Source: Bacteroidota bacterium
GTDB lineage: Bacteria > Bacteroidota > Ignavibacteria > Ignavibacteriales > Melioribacteraceae
Assembly (NCBI GenBank): GCA_018829205.1
Contig: JAHJUE010000014.1
Location: forward strand, 78,069 to 142,068
Direction: 5' to 3'
DNA: 64,000 nt
Positions within the stretch are counted from its first letter, which is position 1; each line of letters begins with the position of its first letter. The position numbers and the translations under genes were made by a program. Positions 56,841 to 64,000 of this stretch are shown one piece after another. The notes under the pieces were generated by a model. That model had not been told where the DNA came from, did not search any database, and saw only the letters and a program-made list of their open reading frames with translations.

Positions 56841-58190
56841 ATGAAAAAGTATGATATTGTAATTATCGGAGGCGGTCCCGCTGGAGTTACTTGCGCTCTT
56901 TCGGCAAAAAATACTTACCCTGATAAAAAAATTGTGTTGATTAGAAAAGAACCAAAACCGATGATTCCTTGCGGTATTCCTTATGTATTTAATACTCTAA
57001 AGGAAGTAAGCGATAATATTCTTCCCGACAATCCGCTTATAATGAATCAAATTGAAATCATTAACGATGAAGCTGTCGGCAGAAGCGATAATAGAATTAA
57101 ACTCGCAGATAACGGCGAAATTGAATTTGAAAAGCTTGTAATTGCAACAGGCTCGAAAGCGGTTATGCCGCCTATTAAAGGCGCGGATAAAGAAAATGTT
57201 TTTCTCGTAAGAAAGGATATTGAATATCTTAATAATTTAAAAACTCGTATAAATGAAGCGGAAAAAATTGTCATTCTCGGAGGCGGATATATTGGCGTTG
57301 AAGTTGCAGATGAATTATTAAAAGCCCGCAAGGATGTTACTGTTGTTGAGATGATGGATTTTCTTCTTGCTTCAATGGATGAAGAATTCGGTAATAAAGT
57401 AAAAGATATTTTAGAGAAGCAGGGCGGTAAAGTAATTACAGGCAAAAGCGTTCAAAAAATTCTAGGGTACGAAAAAGTAAACGCTGTGGAATTGAACGAC
57501 GGTACAATAATAGACTGTGATCTTTTAATCGTTTCCTGCGGCTACAAACCTAATCTTGAACTTGCCGAATCATTCGGCCTGGATTATGAGGACGGAAAAG
57601 GAATTTTAGTTGACGCTTATCTTCGAACATCCGAAAAAGATGTTTTTGCGGTCGGTGACTGCGCCGCAAAATATGATTTTTTTACAGGCGAATATTCAAA
57701 TATTATGCTCGCTTCAACCGCAATGGCTGAAGGACGGCTTGTCGGTTCCAATCTATATTCAATAAAGGTGATTCGTCAGTATTCAGGAGTTCTCGGTTCT
57801 TTCTCGACAAAAATTGGGAACACAGCTTTTGCAGTAAGCGGCATAATTGAACGACGCGCGAAAAAACGGTCGCTAGATTATACGGTTGGAGTTGCAAAAG
57901 CTGTTGACCGACATCCGGGTAAACTCCCTGGCGCTTCGGAAGTTACGGTCAAATTATTATTCTCAACTTACTCGCACACATTAATGGGAGCTCAAATAAT
58001 GGGAGGAGATTCCGTTGGAGAAATGATAAACATAATATCTGTAATGATCTTAAATAAAATGACTGATATTGATATCAACAGTATGCAAATAGGCACGCAT
58101 CCGCTATTAACAGCCTCGCCAATTGCTTATCCGGTAATTAATGCAACGGTAGATGCGATAAAAAAATGGTATAAACCACAGGTAGCTTAA
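56841..58190 (+). CDS. FAD-dependent pyridine nucleotide-disulfide oxidoreductase (NADH oxidase / CoA-disulfide reductase family)
   Basis: GGGPAG FAD motif, single redox Cys in PMIPCGIPYVF (the position of Cys42 in Nox/CoADR), second Rossmann motif ILGGGYIGVE, GDCA. Confidence 0.85.
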   Translation: MKKYDIVIIGGGPAGVTCALSAKNTYPDKKIVLIRKEPKPMIPCGIPYVFNTLKEVSDNILPDNPLIMNQIEIINDEAVGRSDNRIKLADNGEIEFEKLVIATGSKAVMPPIKGADKENVFLVRKDIEYLNNLKTRINEAEKIVILGGGYIGVEVADELLKARKDVTVVEMMDFLLASMDEEFGNKVKDILEKQGGKVITGKSVQKILGYEKVNAVELNDGTIIDCDLLIVSCGYKPNLELAESFGLDYEDGKGILVDAYLRTSEKDVFAVGDCAAKYDFFTGEYSNIMLASTAMAEGRLVGSNLYSIKVIRQYSGVLGSFSTKIGNTAFAVSGIIERRAKKRSLDYTVGVAKAVDRHPGKLPGASEVTVKLLFSTYSHTLMGAQIMGGDSVGEMINIISVMILNKMTDIDINSMQIGTHPLLTASPIAYPVINATVDAIKKWYKPQVA

Positions 58191-58205
58191 TTGATAGGAG
58201 TTGTG

Positions 58206-59033
58206 ATGAACGAACAAGACAATCAAAATAAATTTGAAGATGAAGAAAAACGAATTTCTGAAAATATTTCAAAAATAAAACACCGCATTGCTGTCTTTAG
58301 CGGAAAAGGCGGAGTAGGTAAAACAACCGTTAGCGTTAACCTTGCTTATACATTACAGTCTCAAGGTTTCTCAACGGGAATATTGGACGCCGATATTACA
58401 GGTCCAAATGTCGCCAAAATGTTAGGTATTCAAGGAGAATTAATTGTACTCGATTCGAAAATGATTCCTTTCGAAAATAAAGGCGTAAAAATGATTTCAA
58501 TTGCTTCGCTTGTACAATCGGGACAGGCTGTAATATGGCGCGGACCAATGCGCTCAAAAATTATTAATCAGTTTCTTGCCGATGTTGAATGGGGCGTGCT
58601 CGATTATTTAATTGCCGATCTTCCTCCGGGGACCGGGGATGAAATTTTAACAATAGCTCAGCATATGAAACCCGATTACGCGGTTATTGTTACTACCCCT
58701 CAAGAAGTTTCAGTAATGGACGCAGAACGTGCCATCAGTATGGCTAAGAAACTTGAAATCCCTTTTATTGGTGTAGTCGAAAATATGGCCGGTTTTATTT
58801 GTCCTCATTGCAGCGCGGTTATAGAATTATTCGGAGCCGGTGGAGGGGCATATTTGGCTGATAAGTACAATGTTCCATTTCTCGGTTCAATTCCTATTGA
58901 TATTAACGCGAGGATTTTAGGTGATAAAGGAATCCCGATTGTAAGCGAAAGAAAAGATTCTGAGGTCTCGCTTACATTTAGAAAAATTGTTGATTTAATC
59001 AAGGATCATTTTCAAATATCAATAGACGCATAA
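58206..59033 (+). CDS. Mrp/NBP35/ApbC-family P-loop ATPase (Fe-S cluster carrier)
   Basis: Deviant Walker A SGKGGVGKTT, DLPPGTGD, cluster-bridging CPHC motif. ATG at 58206 after AGGAG preferred over the TTG at 58191. Confidence 0.9.
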   Translation: MNEQDNQNKFEDEEKRISENISKIKHRIAVFSGKGGVGKTTVSVNLAYTLQSQGFSTGILDADITGPNVAKMLGIQGELIVLDSKMIPFENKGVKMISIASLVQSGQAVIWRGPMRSKIINQFLADVEWGVLDYLIADLPPGTGDEILTIAQHMKPDYAVIVTTPQEVSVMDAERAISMAKKLEIPFIGVVENMAGFICPHCSAVIELFGAGGGAYLADKYNVPFLGSIPIDINARILGDKGIPIVSERKDSEVSLTFRKIVDLIKDHFQISIDA

Positions 59034-59062
59034 TAAAAGATATTTAAATAAAGGAGAATTCT

Positions 59063-60430
59063 ATGCTTAGCAGAATATTAATAATTCTTGCGGCTCTTAA
59101 TATAACCGCCGCCGCTCAGTCTCATAAGGAATTTTTCACCGAAAAATTTCTTTCCCCACAGGATGTAACTAAAGCGTGTATCTCATGTCATGATTTATCG
59201 GCAAAAGAAGTTATGAGGACAAATCATTGGACATGGTTAAATGAAGAATTTTTAGATAGTGATAGTTTCGCCAAACAAAGAGGCAAAATAAATTTTATAA
59301 ACAATTTCTGTATCGCGGTTCCGTCTAATTATTCAAGATGTACAAGCTGCCATGTTGGATATGGATGGAAGGACAAAGATTTTGATTTCACCAAAGAAGA
59401 AAATGTTGATTGCCTAATTTGTCATGATCAATCAGGCACATACAAAAAAATCCCTACAGGCGCAGGAATGCCCGACAAAAATGTTGATCTTTTATTGGTT
59501 GCGCAAAACGTTGGTAAACCATCTAGAAAAAACTGCGGAATATGTCATTTTGACGGCGGCGGCGGCACAGGCGTAAAACACGGCGACCTAGATGACAGCC
59601 TTTATGATCCTAAACCTGAAACAGATATTCATATGGGCAAATTGGATTTTCAATGCATCGAATGTCATGTGTCGGAACAGCATAAAATTATGGGAGCAAG
59701 TCATGGTTCTATTGCTTCTGGAAAAAATCATATTTATTGTACCGATTGTCATCAAGACGAAATCCATAAGAATAAAATCCTTAATCAGCATAGTAATTCA
59801 ATTGCATGTGAAACTTGTCATATACCCGAATTCGCGCGCGTTGAACCTACAAAAATGTGGTGGGATTGGTCGGCAGCCGGAGAGGATAGACCAATATCAA
59901 AAGATGAATACGGTAAAGAAACTTATAATAAAATGAAGGGCGAGTTTAAATGGGAAAAAAATGTAATGCCGGTTTATAAATGGTATAACGGCAGCGCGTC
60001 GTATTATCAATTCGGTGATAAAATTGATTCAGGTAGAATAGTAGAGCTGAATAAATTGAACGGCGATATTTCTGATCCTGAATCAAAGATAACTCCATTT
60101 AAAGTTATGCGCGGTAAACAAAATTATGATACCGAAAATAATTATTTGATCGCTCCTAAACTTTTCGGTGAAAATGGTTACTGGAAAACATATGACTGGA
60201 ATTTAGCTTCTCAAATTGGAATGAAAGAAATCAATCTTCCGTATTCAGGCAGTTACGCTTTTGTTGAGACCGAAATGTACTGGCCAATAAATCATATGGT
60301 GGCTTCAAAGGAAAAAGCGTTAAAGTGTAATTCATGTCATTCAAAGGAAGGCAGATTGGATTGGAATAAACTTGGTTATCCGGGAGATCCTGTTAAGGTA
60401 AAAGGAAGAAAAATTAAATATGACAACTAA
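59063..60430 (+). CDS. Octahaem c-type cytochrome, tetrathionate-reductase (OTR) family-like
   Basis: Signal peptide plus eight CxxCH motifs (CISCH, CTSCH, CLICH, CGICH, CIECH, CTDCH, CETCH, CNSCH). About 455 aa, similar in size and haem spacing to the Shewanella OTR family. Confidence 0.8.
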   Translation: MLSRILIILAALNITAAAQSHKEFFTEKFLSPQDVTKACISCHDLSAKEVMRTNHWTWLNEEFLDSDSFAKQRGKINFINNFCIAVPSNYSRCTSCHVGYGWKDKDFDFTKEENVDCLICHDQSGTYKKIPTGAGMPDKNVDLLLVAQNVGKPSRKNCGICHFDGGGGTGVKHGDLDDSLYDPKPETDIHMGKLDFQCIECHVSEQHKIMGASHGSIASGKNHIYCTDCHQDEIHKNKILNQHSNSIACETCHIPEFARVEPTKMWWDWSAAGEDRPISKDEYGKETYNKMKGEFKWEKNVMPVYKWYNGSASYYQFGDKIDSGRIVELNKLNGDISDPESKITPFKVMRGKQNYDTENNYLIAPKLFGENGYWKTYDWNLASQIGMKEINLPYSGSYAFVETEMYWPINHMVASKEKALKCNSCHSKEGRLDWNKLGYPGDPVKVKGRKIKYDN

Positions 60431-60478
60431 GCTTTGTATTAACAAATATAAAATCAATGATTGTTAATAGGGGATGAA

Positions 60479-60925
60479 ATGGAAAATAGTATAAAAATCG
60501 GAATAATTATTTGCGACAGGTATAGAAGCTGCGCTGGCGGAAAATGCTTTAAATCTCTTAAAGAAAAAGCCGGAGCGTTTGATATTTACGAAGGTAAAGA
60601 CGTTGAACTTGTCGGCTATACATCATGCGGCGGATGCCCGGGCGGCAATATTGAATACGCGCCGGAAGAAATGAAGAAAAACGGAGCCGAAATAATTCAT
60701 TTTGCAACCGGTATGATTGTCGGTTTCCCGCCTTGTCCTTATGTAGATCATTTTAAAAAATTTATTGAAATAAAATATGGGTTAAAAGTTGTCGTGGGCA
60801 CTCATCCAATCCCCGAAAAATATTTTACCGCTCATACAAAATTAAATACATGGGATTCTGATGATTGGAAGGAGTTTATTAAACCGACTCTTAAAAACAG
60901 AGATGTAAGATTGTCGTATGAATAA
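60479..60925 (+). CDS. CGGC-domain protein
   Basis: IIICDRYRSCAGGKCF and YTSCGGCPGG motifs. ATG at 60479 preferred over the TTG at 60461. Confidence 0.7.
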   Translation: MENSIKIGIIICDRYRSCAGGKCFKSLKEKAGAFDIYEGKDVELVGYTSCGGCPGGNIEYAPEEMKKNGAEIIHFATGMIVGFPPCPYVDHFKKFIEIKYGLKVVVGTHPIPEKYFTAHTKLNTWDSDDWKEFIKPTLKNRDVRLSYE

Positions 60926-60976
60926 TCATAGTATAAAGAATATAGTTTAACACTTCTTAAAAGGAGTAATTAGAAA

Positions 60977-61237
60977 ATGAGTAAGAATGATCTACCTATA
61001 ACAGTTTCTCAATTTTACTTTCTGCAGGCTTATTTATTCGAAATATTCAGATCTAAAAAAGAATGCAAGAATAATTTTGAATACACTGAATATTACCTGG
61101 AGGAAAATTACTCGGTAAATGAAATTAAACAGATTGAAAATTTCTTAATTCAAAACAACCTTAATTGTGATTGTGATTTAATAACAAAACTTGACTTAAG
61201 AAAATATTCGCTTGGCTTTATAAATTTTCATGAATAA
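60977..61237 (+). CDS. Small hypothetical protein (86 aa)
   Basis: RBS AAGGAG 8 nt upstream. No recognisable domain. Contains CDCD. Confidence 0.35.
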   Translation: MSKNDLPITVSQFYFLQAYLFEIFRSKKECKNNFEYTEYYLEENYSVNEIKQIENFLIQNNLNCDCDLITKLDLRKYSLGFINFHE

Positions 61238-61256
61238 TATTTTGTGAGATATCATT

Positions 61257-62192
61257 ATGTCAATTGTATTTGGTGCTATACCGTCGCGTAGATTAGGCAG
61301 AAGTCTGGGGATAAATAATATCCCTTATAAATATTGTACATATTCATGTGTTTATTGCCAGCTTGGTGCGACTAATTCAATGACAACAATAATAAGAGAT
61401 TTTTTTTCGCCGGGGGCAGTATTTGAAGAAACCAAACAAAAGCTGTATGAATTGGAATCGGCTGGCGAATTAGTTGATTATATAACGTTTGTACCCGACG
61501 GTGAACCGACATTAGATATAAATCTTGGGGTAATGATTGAGAAATTAAAAAGTTTAGGGAAACCTGTCGCGGTTATAACTAATTCATCATTAATAAATGA
61601 TAAAAACATTAGAAATGAACTTATGCTTGCAGATTGGGTATCGCTAAAAATTGATTCGGCATCACCTTCAATTTGGGAAAAAATTAATAGGCCGCACGGT
61701 TCATTAAGACTTAACAAAATAATAAACGGGTTAATAAAGTTCGCTTCCGAATTTTCAGGCGAACTTGTAACTGAAACAATGCTGGTTAAAAATATTAATA
61801 CTAGTTTCGGATCGCTTAGGAAAACCGCGGAAGTAATTAGTAAAATTAATCCTTCAACAGCATATATAATTGTTCCGACAAGACCGCCGGCCGAGTCTTT
61901 TGTACAAGCTCCGGATGAAGAGAGAATAAATGCAGCGTATCAAATATTCAGCGAATTTAAAATTAACGCCGAATTATTAACCCATTATGAAGGCGCGGAG
62001 TTTTCATACACTCATGACGTTCAAAAAGAACTGCTCAGCATTCTTGCAGTTCATCCGATGAGAATAGACGCGGTAAAAGTGTTATTAAATAAGGCAAATT
62101 CGGGATGGGAAATTATAGATAATTTAATAAAGAAGAATTTAATCAAAGAATCTACATACTCGAATAATTCCTTTATAATTAGGAAATATTAG
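61257..62192 (+). CDS. Radical SAM protein (paralogue 2)
   Basis: CTYSCVYC (Cys27/31/34) after FGAIPSRRLGRSLGINN. DGEPTLD, KINRPH and VTETMLVKNIN are collinear with 52790-53851. Confidence 0.8.
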   Translation: MSIVFGAIPSRRLGRSLGINNIPYKYCTYSCVYCQLGATNSMTTIIRDFFSPGAVFEETKQKLYELESAGELVDYITFVPDGEPTLDINLGVMIEKLKSLGKPVAVITNSSLINDKNIRNELMLADWVSLKIDSASPSIWEKINRPHGSLRLNKIINGLIKFASEFSGELVTETMLVKNINTSFGSLRKTAEVISKINPSTAYIIVPTRPPAESFVQAPDEERINAAYQIFSEFKINAELLTHYEGAEFSYTHDVQKELLSILAVHPMRIDAVKVLLNKANSGWEIIDNLIKKNLIKESTYSNNSFIIRKY

Positions 62193-62202
62193 GAGGTTAA
62201 TT

Positions 62203-62514
62203 ATGGCAGTCGTGAAAAAGTATTCAAGAGATAAAAAAAGTTGCCGGGTTACTTTTACTCTTCCGAAAGAATTATGTGAAAACTTTAATGAGATAAGCGT
62301 TGTGGGTGATTTTAACAATTGGGATTCCCATCAGAATAAATTTTCACAGAAAAATCCCGACGGGTCGTCTTCTACCGAGATCGTTTTGGAAGCGGGCATA
62401 GAGTACAAGTTTAAATATTTATGCGACGGTATAACCTGGTTGAATAAACCTGACGCGGATAAGCAGATTGAAACTCAATTCGGTGATTCGAAAAATTCCG
62501 TATTGATAATTTAA
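62203..62514 (+). CDS. CBM48 / early-set (AMPK-beta glycogen-binding-like) domain protein
   Basis: VTFTLP...VSVVGDFNNWD...EYKFKYLCDG..W pattern typical of CBM48/E-set modules. 103 aa. Confidence 0.6.
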   Translation: MAVVKKYSRDKKSCRVTFTLPKELCENFNEISVVGDFNNWDSHQNKFSQKNPDGSSSTEIVLEAGIEYKFKYLCDGITWLNKPDADKQIETQFGDSKNSVLII

Positions 62515-62565
62515 CAGGTTTCCTATGTACATCGCAGTTGTTTTAAAAATAAATAGGAGGTTTAA

Positions 62566-62805
62566 ATGCCGAACTTAAACGGAACGGGACCCGAAGGAAA
62601 AGGAGCTCTTACGGGTAGAAGAAGAGGCAGATGCCGGGAGTCTCAAATCGAAAATTCCGAAAATCAAACCGCCGACGAAAAGGAGCTTAAAATCGGGCTG
62701 GGTCGCGGCGGAAGACCGCGCGGTAGAGGTTTAGGTAATCGTTTCGGAGGCGGTTTTGGAAAAGAGCAGGGCAGAGGCCGGGTTAGAGGACTAGGGAATA
62801 TGTGA
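62566..62805 (+). CDS. DUF5320-like small Gly/Arg-rich protein
   Basis: N-terminal MPNLNGTGPEGKGALTGRRRGRC resembles the DUF5320 signature (MPxxDGTGPxGxGPxTGRGxGxC). RG-rich tail. Strong RBS AGGAGG. Confidence 0.6.
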   Translation: MPNLNGTGPEGKGALTGRRRGRCRESQIENSENQTADEKELKIGLGRGGRPRGRGLGNRFGGGFGKEQGRGRVRGLGNM

Positions 62806-62820
62806 AAATTTAAGGTAACT

Positions 62821-63222
62821 ATGTTAATTGCTATAACAGCTGAAAGCCCGGATACTGATTCAAAGATTGCGGAGAAATTCGGAAGGGCTCCGTTTATAAT
62901 TATTTATGATACGGTAAATAATACTTCCGAGTATCTCCACAATCCTTTTATAAATTTATACGGCGGAGCGGGAATTCAAACTTCCCAATTTATTATTGAA
63001 AATAATGTAGAGGCAGTAATTACAAAGGATATTGGGCCAAATCCTCTCCGGTTTTTAAAATCCGCCGATATTAAGGTTTACCTTTGTACCGGGGGAAAAA
63101 TTATAGACGCTATAAAGGATTTTATTCAAATGAATTTAATCGAAGTTAAACAAGAAAGTATGGTAAATACAGTCGGAAGAAGACAGAAAGGCAAAAGAAG
63201 AAACCGGCATAGGAAACTTTAA
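62821..63222 (+). CDS. NifX/NifB-C-terminal-domain-like (dinitrogenase FeMo-cofactor biosynthesis family) protein with a basic tail
   Basis: KFGRAPFIIIYD start motif and GAGIQ...VEAVITKDIGPNPLRFL pattern typical of this fold. Lys/Arg-rich C-terminus. Confidence 0.65.
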   Translation: MLIAITAESPDTDSKIAEKFGRAPFIIIYDTVNNTSEYLHNPFINLYGGAGIQTSQFIIENNVEAVITKDIGPNPLRFLKSADIKVYLCTGGKIIDAIKDFIQMNLIEVKQESMVNTVGRRQKGKRRNRHRKL

Positions 63223-63287
63223 TGAAGAATTCGTTTAACGTTCAATATAAATGTTTTACTAAGAAGAATACTAATTAAGGAGTTAAA

Positions 63288-63662
63288 ATGAATCATCGCT
63301 TAGCAATTGCAGTTGAAGAAGGAAGAAATGAAGAAAGAGTCGCTGAACATTTCGGAAGATGTTCAAAAATACTGGTATTTGAACTGGATCAAAGTAAACA
63401 AGTAACAAAAAAAGAATCATATTTTAATCCTTTAAACGGGAATCACGGCGGAATTTGCCAGCTTCCGGGTTATATCAATCAATACAACATTAATACAATT
63501 ATTGCCGGCGGTATGGGCGCAAAAGCAGTTTCAAATTTCCATTCCTTCGGTATAGAAGTAATTACCGCGCCCGGTATGATTTGTCAAGAAGCTTTGAACA
63601 ATTTTATAGCAGGTAAATTAAGCGGATACGAAGAGTGCGCCGGCCATTCGCACGATTGCTAA
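63288..63662 (+). CDS. NifX/NifB-C-terminal-domain-like protein (second copy) with a C-terminal Cys/His motif
   Basis: HFGRCSKILVFE, INTIIAGGMGAKAVSNF. C-terminal ECAGHSHDC. Confidence 0.65.
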   Translation: MNHRLAIAVEEGRNEERVAEHFGRCSKILVFELDQSKQVTKKESYFNPLNGNHGGICQLPGYINQYNINTIIAGGMGAKAVSNFHSFGIEVITAPGMICQEALNNFIAGKLSGYEECAGHSHDC

Positions 63663-63674
63663 CAAGGAGTTATA

Positions 63675-64000
63675 ATGATTATTTCTGTTGCATCGGGTAA
63701 AGGGGGAACAGGCAAAACTACTGTGGCGGCAAGTTTGGCTTCGGTAAAAGATAATTGCGTTTATATCGATTGTGATGTTGAAGAACCGAATGGCCATCTG
63801 CTTCTAAATCCTAAAATTGATTTTGAGGAAAAGGTTTACAAAAAACTTCCTCAGATTGATTATAACAAATGCGATTTCTGCGGCAAGTGCGTTGAGGTAT
63901 GCGAATTCAATGCCTTAATAAATCTTAAGTTTGAAATTATTCTTTTTGAGGAAATGTGTCATTGGTGCGGCTCGTGCAAATATTTTTGTCCGGCTAAAGC
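63675..64000 (+). CDS. MinD/ParA-type P-loop ATPase with a 2x[4Fe-4S] ferredoxin insert, 3'-partial
   Basis: My own translation: MIISVASGKGGTGKTTVAASLA...CDVEEPNGHLL...CDFCGKCVEVC...CHWCGSCKYFCPAK. RBS AAGGAG at 63665. The ORF runs off the window end and is therefore absent from the ORF track. Confidence 0.8.
   Translation, partial: MIISVASGKGGTGKTTVAASLASVKDNCVYIDCDVEEPNGHLLLNPKIDFEEKVYKKLPQIDYNKCDFCGKCVEVCEFNALINLKFEIILFEEMCHWCGSCKYFCPAK

Noticed and set aside
1-64000. CRISPR arrays, tRNA/rRNA genes, transposases, integrases, prophage or classical defence systems (RM, TA, CBASS and others)
   Set aside because: No direct-repeat/spacer array, no GC-rich cloverleaf-sized intergenic segments, and no ORF with DDE, tyrosine-recombinase, methyltransferase or toxin motifs was recognised. 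The only nuclease is the orphan PD-(D/E)XK protein. This comes from by-eye inspection and does not replace tRNAscan, Infernal or DefenseFinder runs.

Overview
Low-GC (roughly mid-30s % by eye), densely packed, almost entirely plus-strand bacterial chromosome segment. My inference is an anaerobic or facultative member of the FCB group, Ignavibacteria/Melioribacter-like. This rests on many QNYPNPFN-type T9SS C-terminal sorting domains, sigma-54 enhancer-binding proteins, a multihaem cytochrome and NifX-like/MinD-ferredoxin genes. The window has four blocks. (1) Positions ~1-31.1 kb hold a large beta-glucan/polysaccharide utilisation locus: GH5, GH2, an SGNH esterase, an SSF symporter, a CBM protein, a TonB-dependent receptor, a 1030-aa unknown protein, a PorV-like barrel, 2x GH16, 3x GH3, an MFS glucose transporter and a ROK glucokinase. 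It is preceded by a sigma-54 activator and a good sigma-54 promoter, and it has no SusD. (2) Positions 31.2-44.2 kb start with an M3 dipeptidase. A GbsR/MarR-like regulator follows, with a palindromic operator found upstream of its own gene and again upstream of the next operon. That acyl-chain operon encodes FabG, two KASIII-like proteins with non-canonical catalytic triads, an SSF transporter, an AMP-ligase, a lipoprotein, an outer-membrane barrel, an alpha/beta hydrolase and a thiolase. (3) Positions 44.3-50.8 kb hold assorted genes (DUF342/FapA, CvfB/YitL, an outer-membrane barrel receptor, an orphan PD-(D/E)XK nuclease) and a 620-bp non-coding gap. (4) Positions 50.9-64 kb hold a PAS-PAS sigma-54 activator divergent from a redox/metallocofactor-type island. 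The island encodes two paralogous radical SAM enzymes, DUF89, an epimerase separated from the next ORF by a single in-frame TAG, a CoADR/Nox-type flavoprotein, Mrp/ApbC, an octahaem OTR-family cytochrome c, a CGGC protein, a CBM48-like protein, DUF5320, 2x NifX-like proteins and a MinD-ferredoxin ATPase. I saw no rRNA, tRNA, CRISPR array, transposase or integrase. All functional calls come from by-eye motif recognition in the supplied translations, with no database searches.
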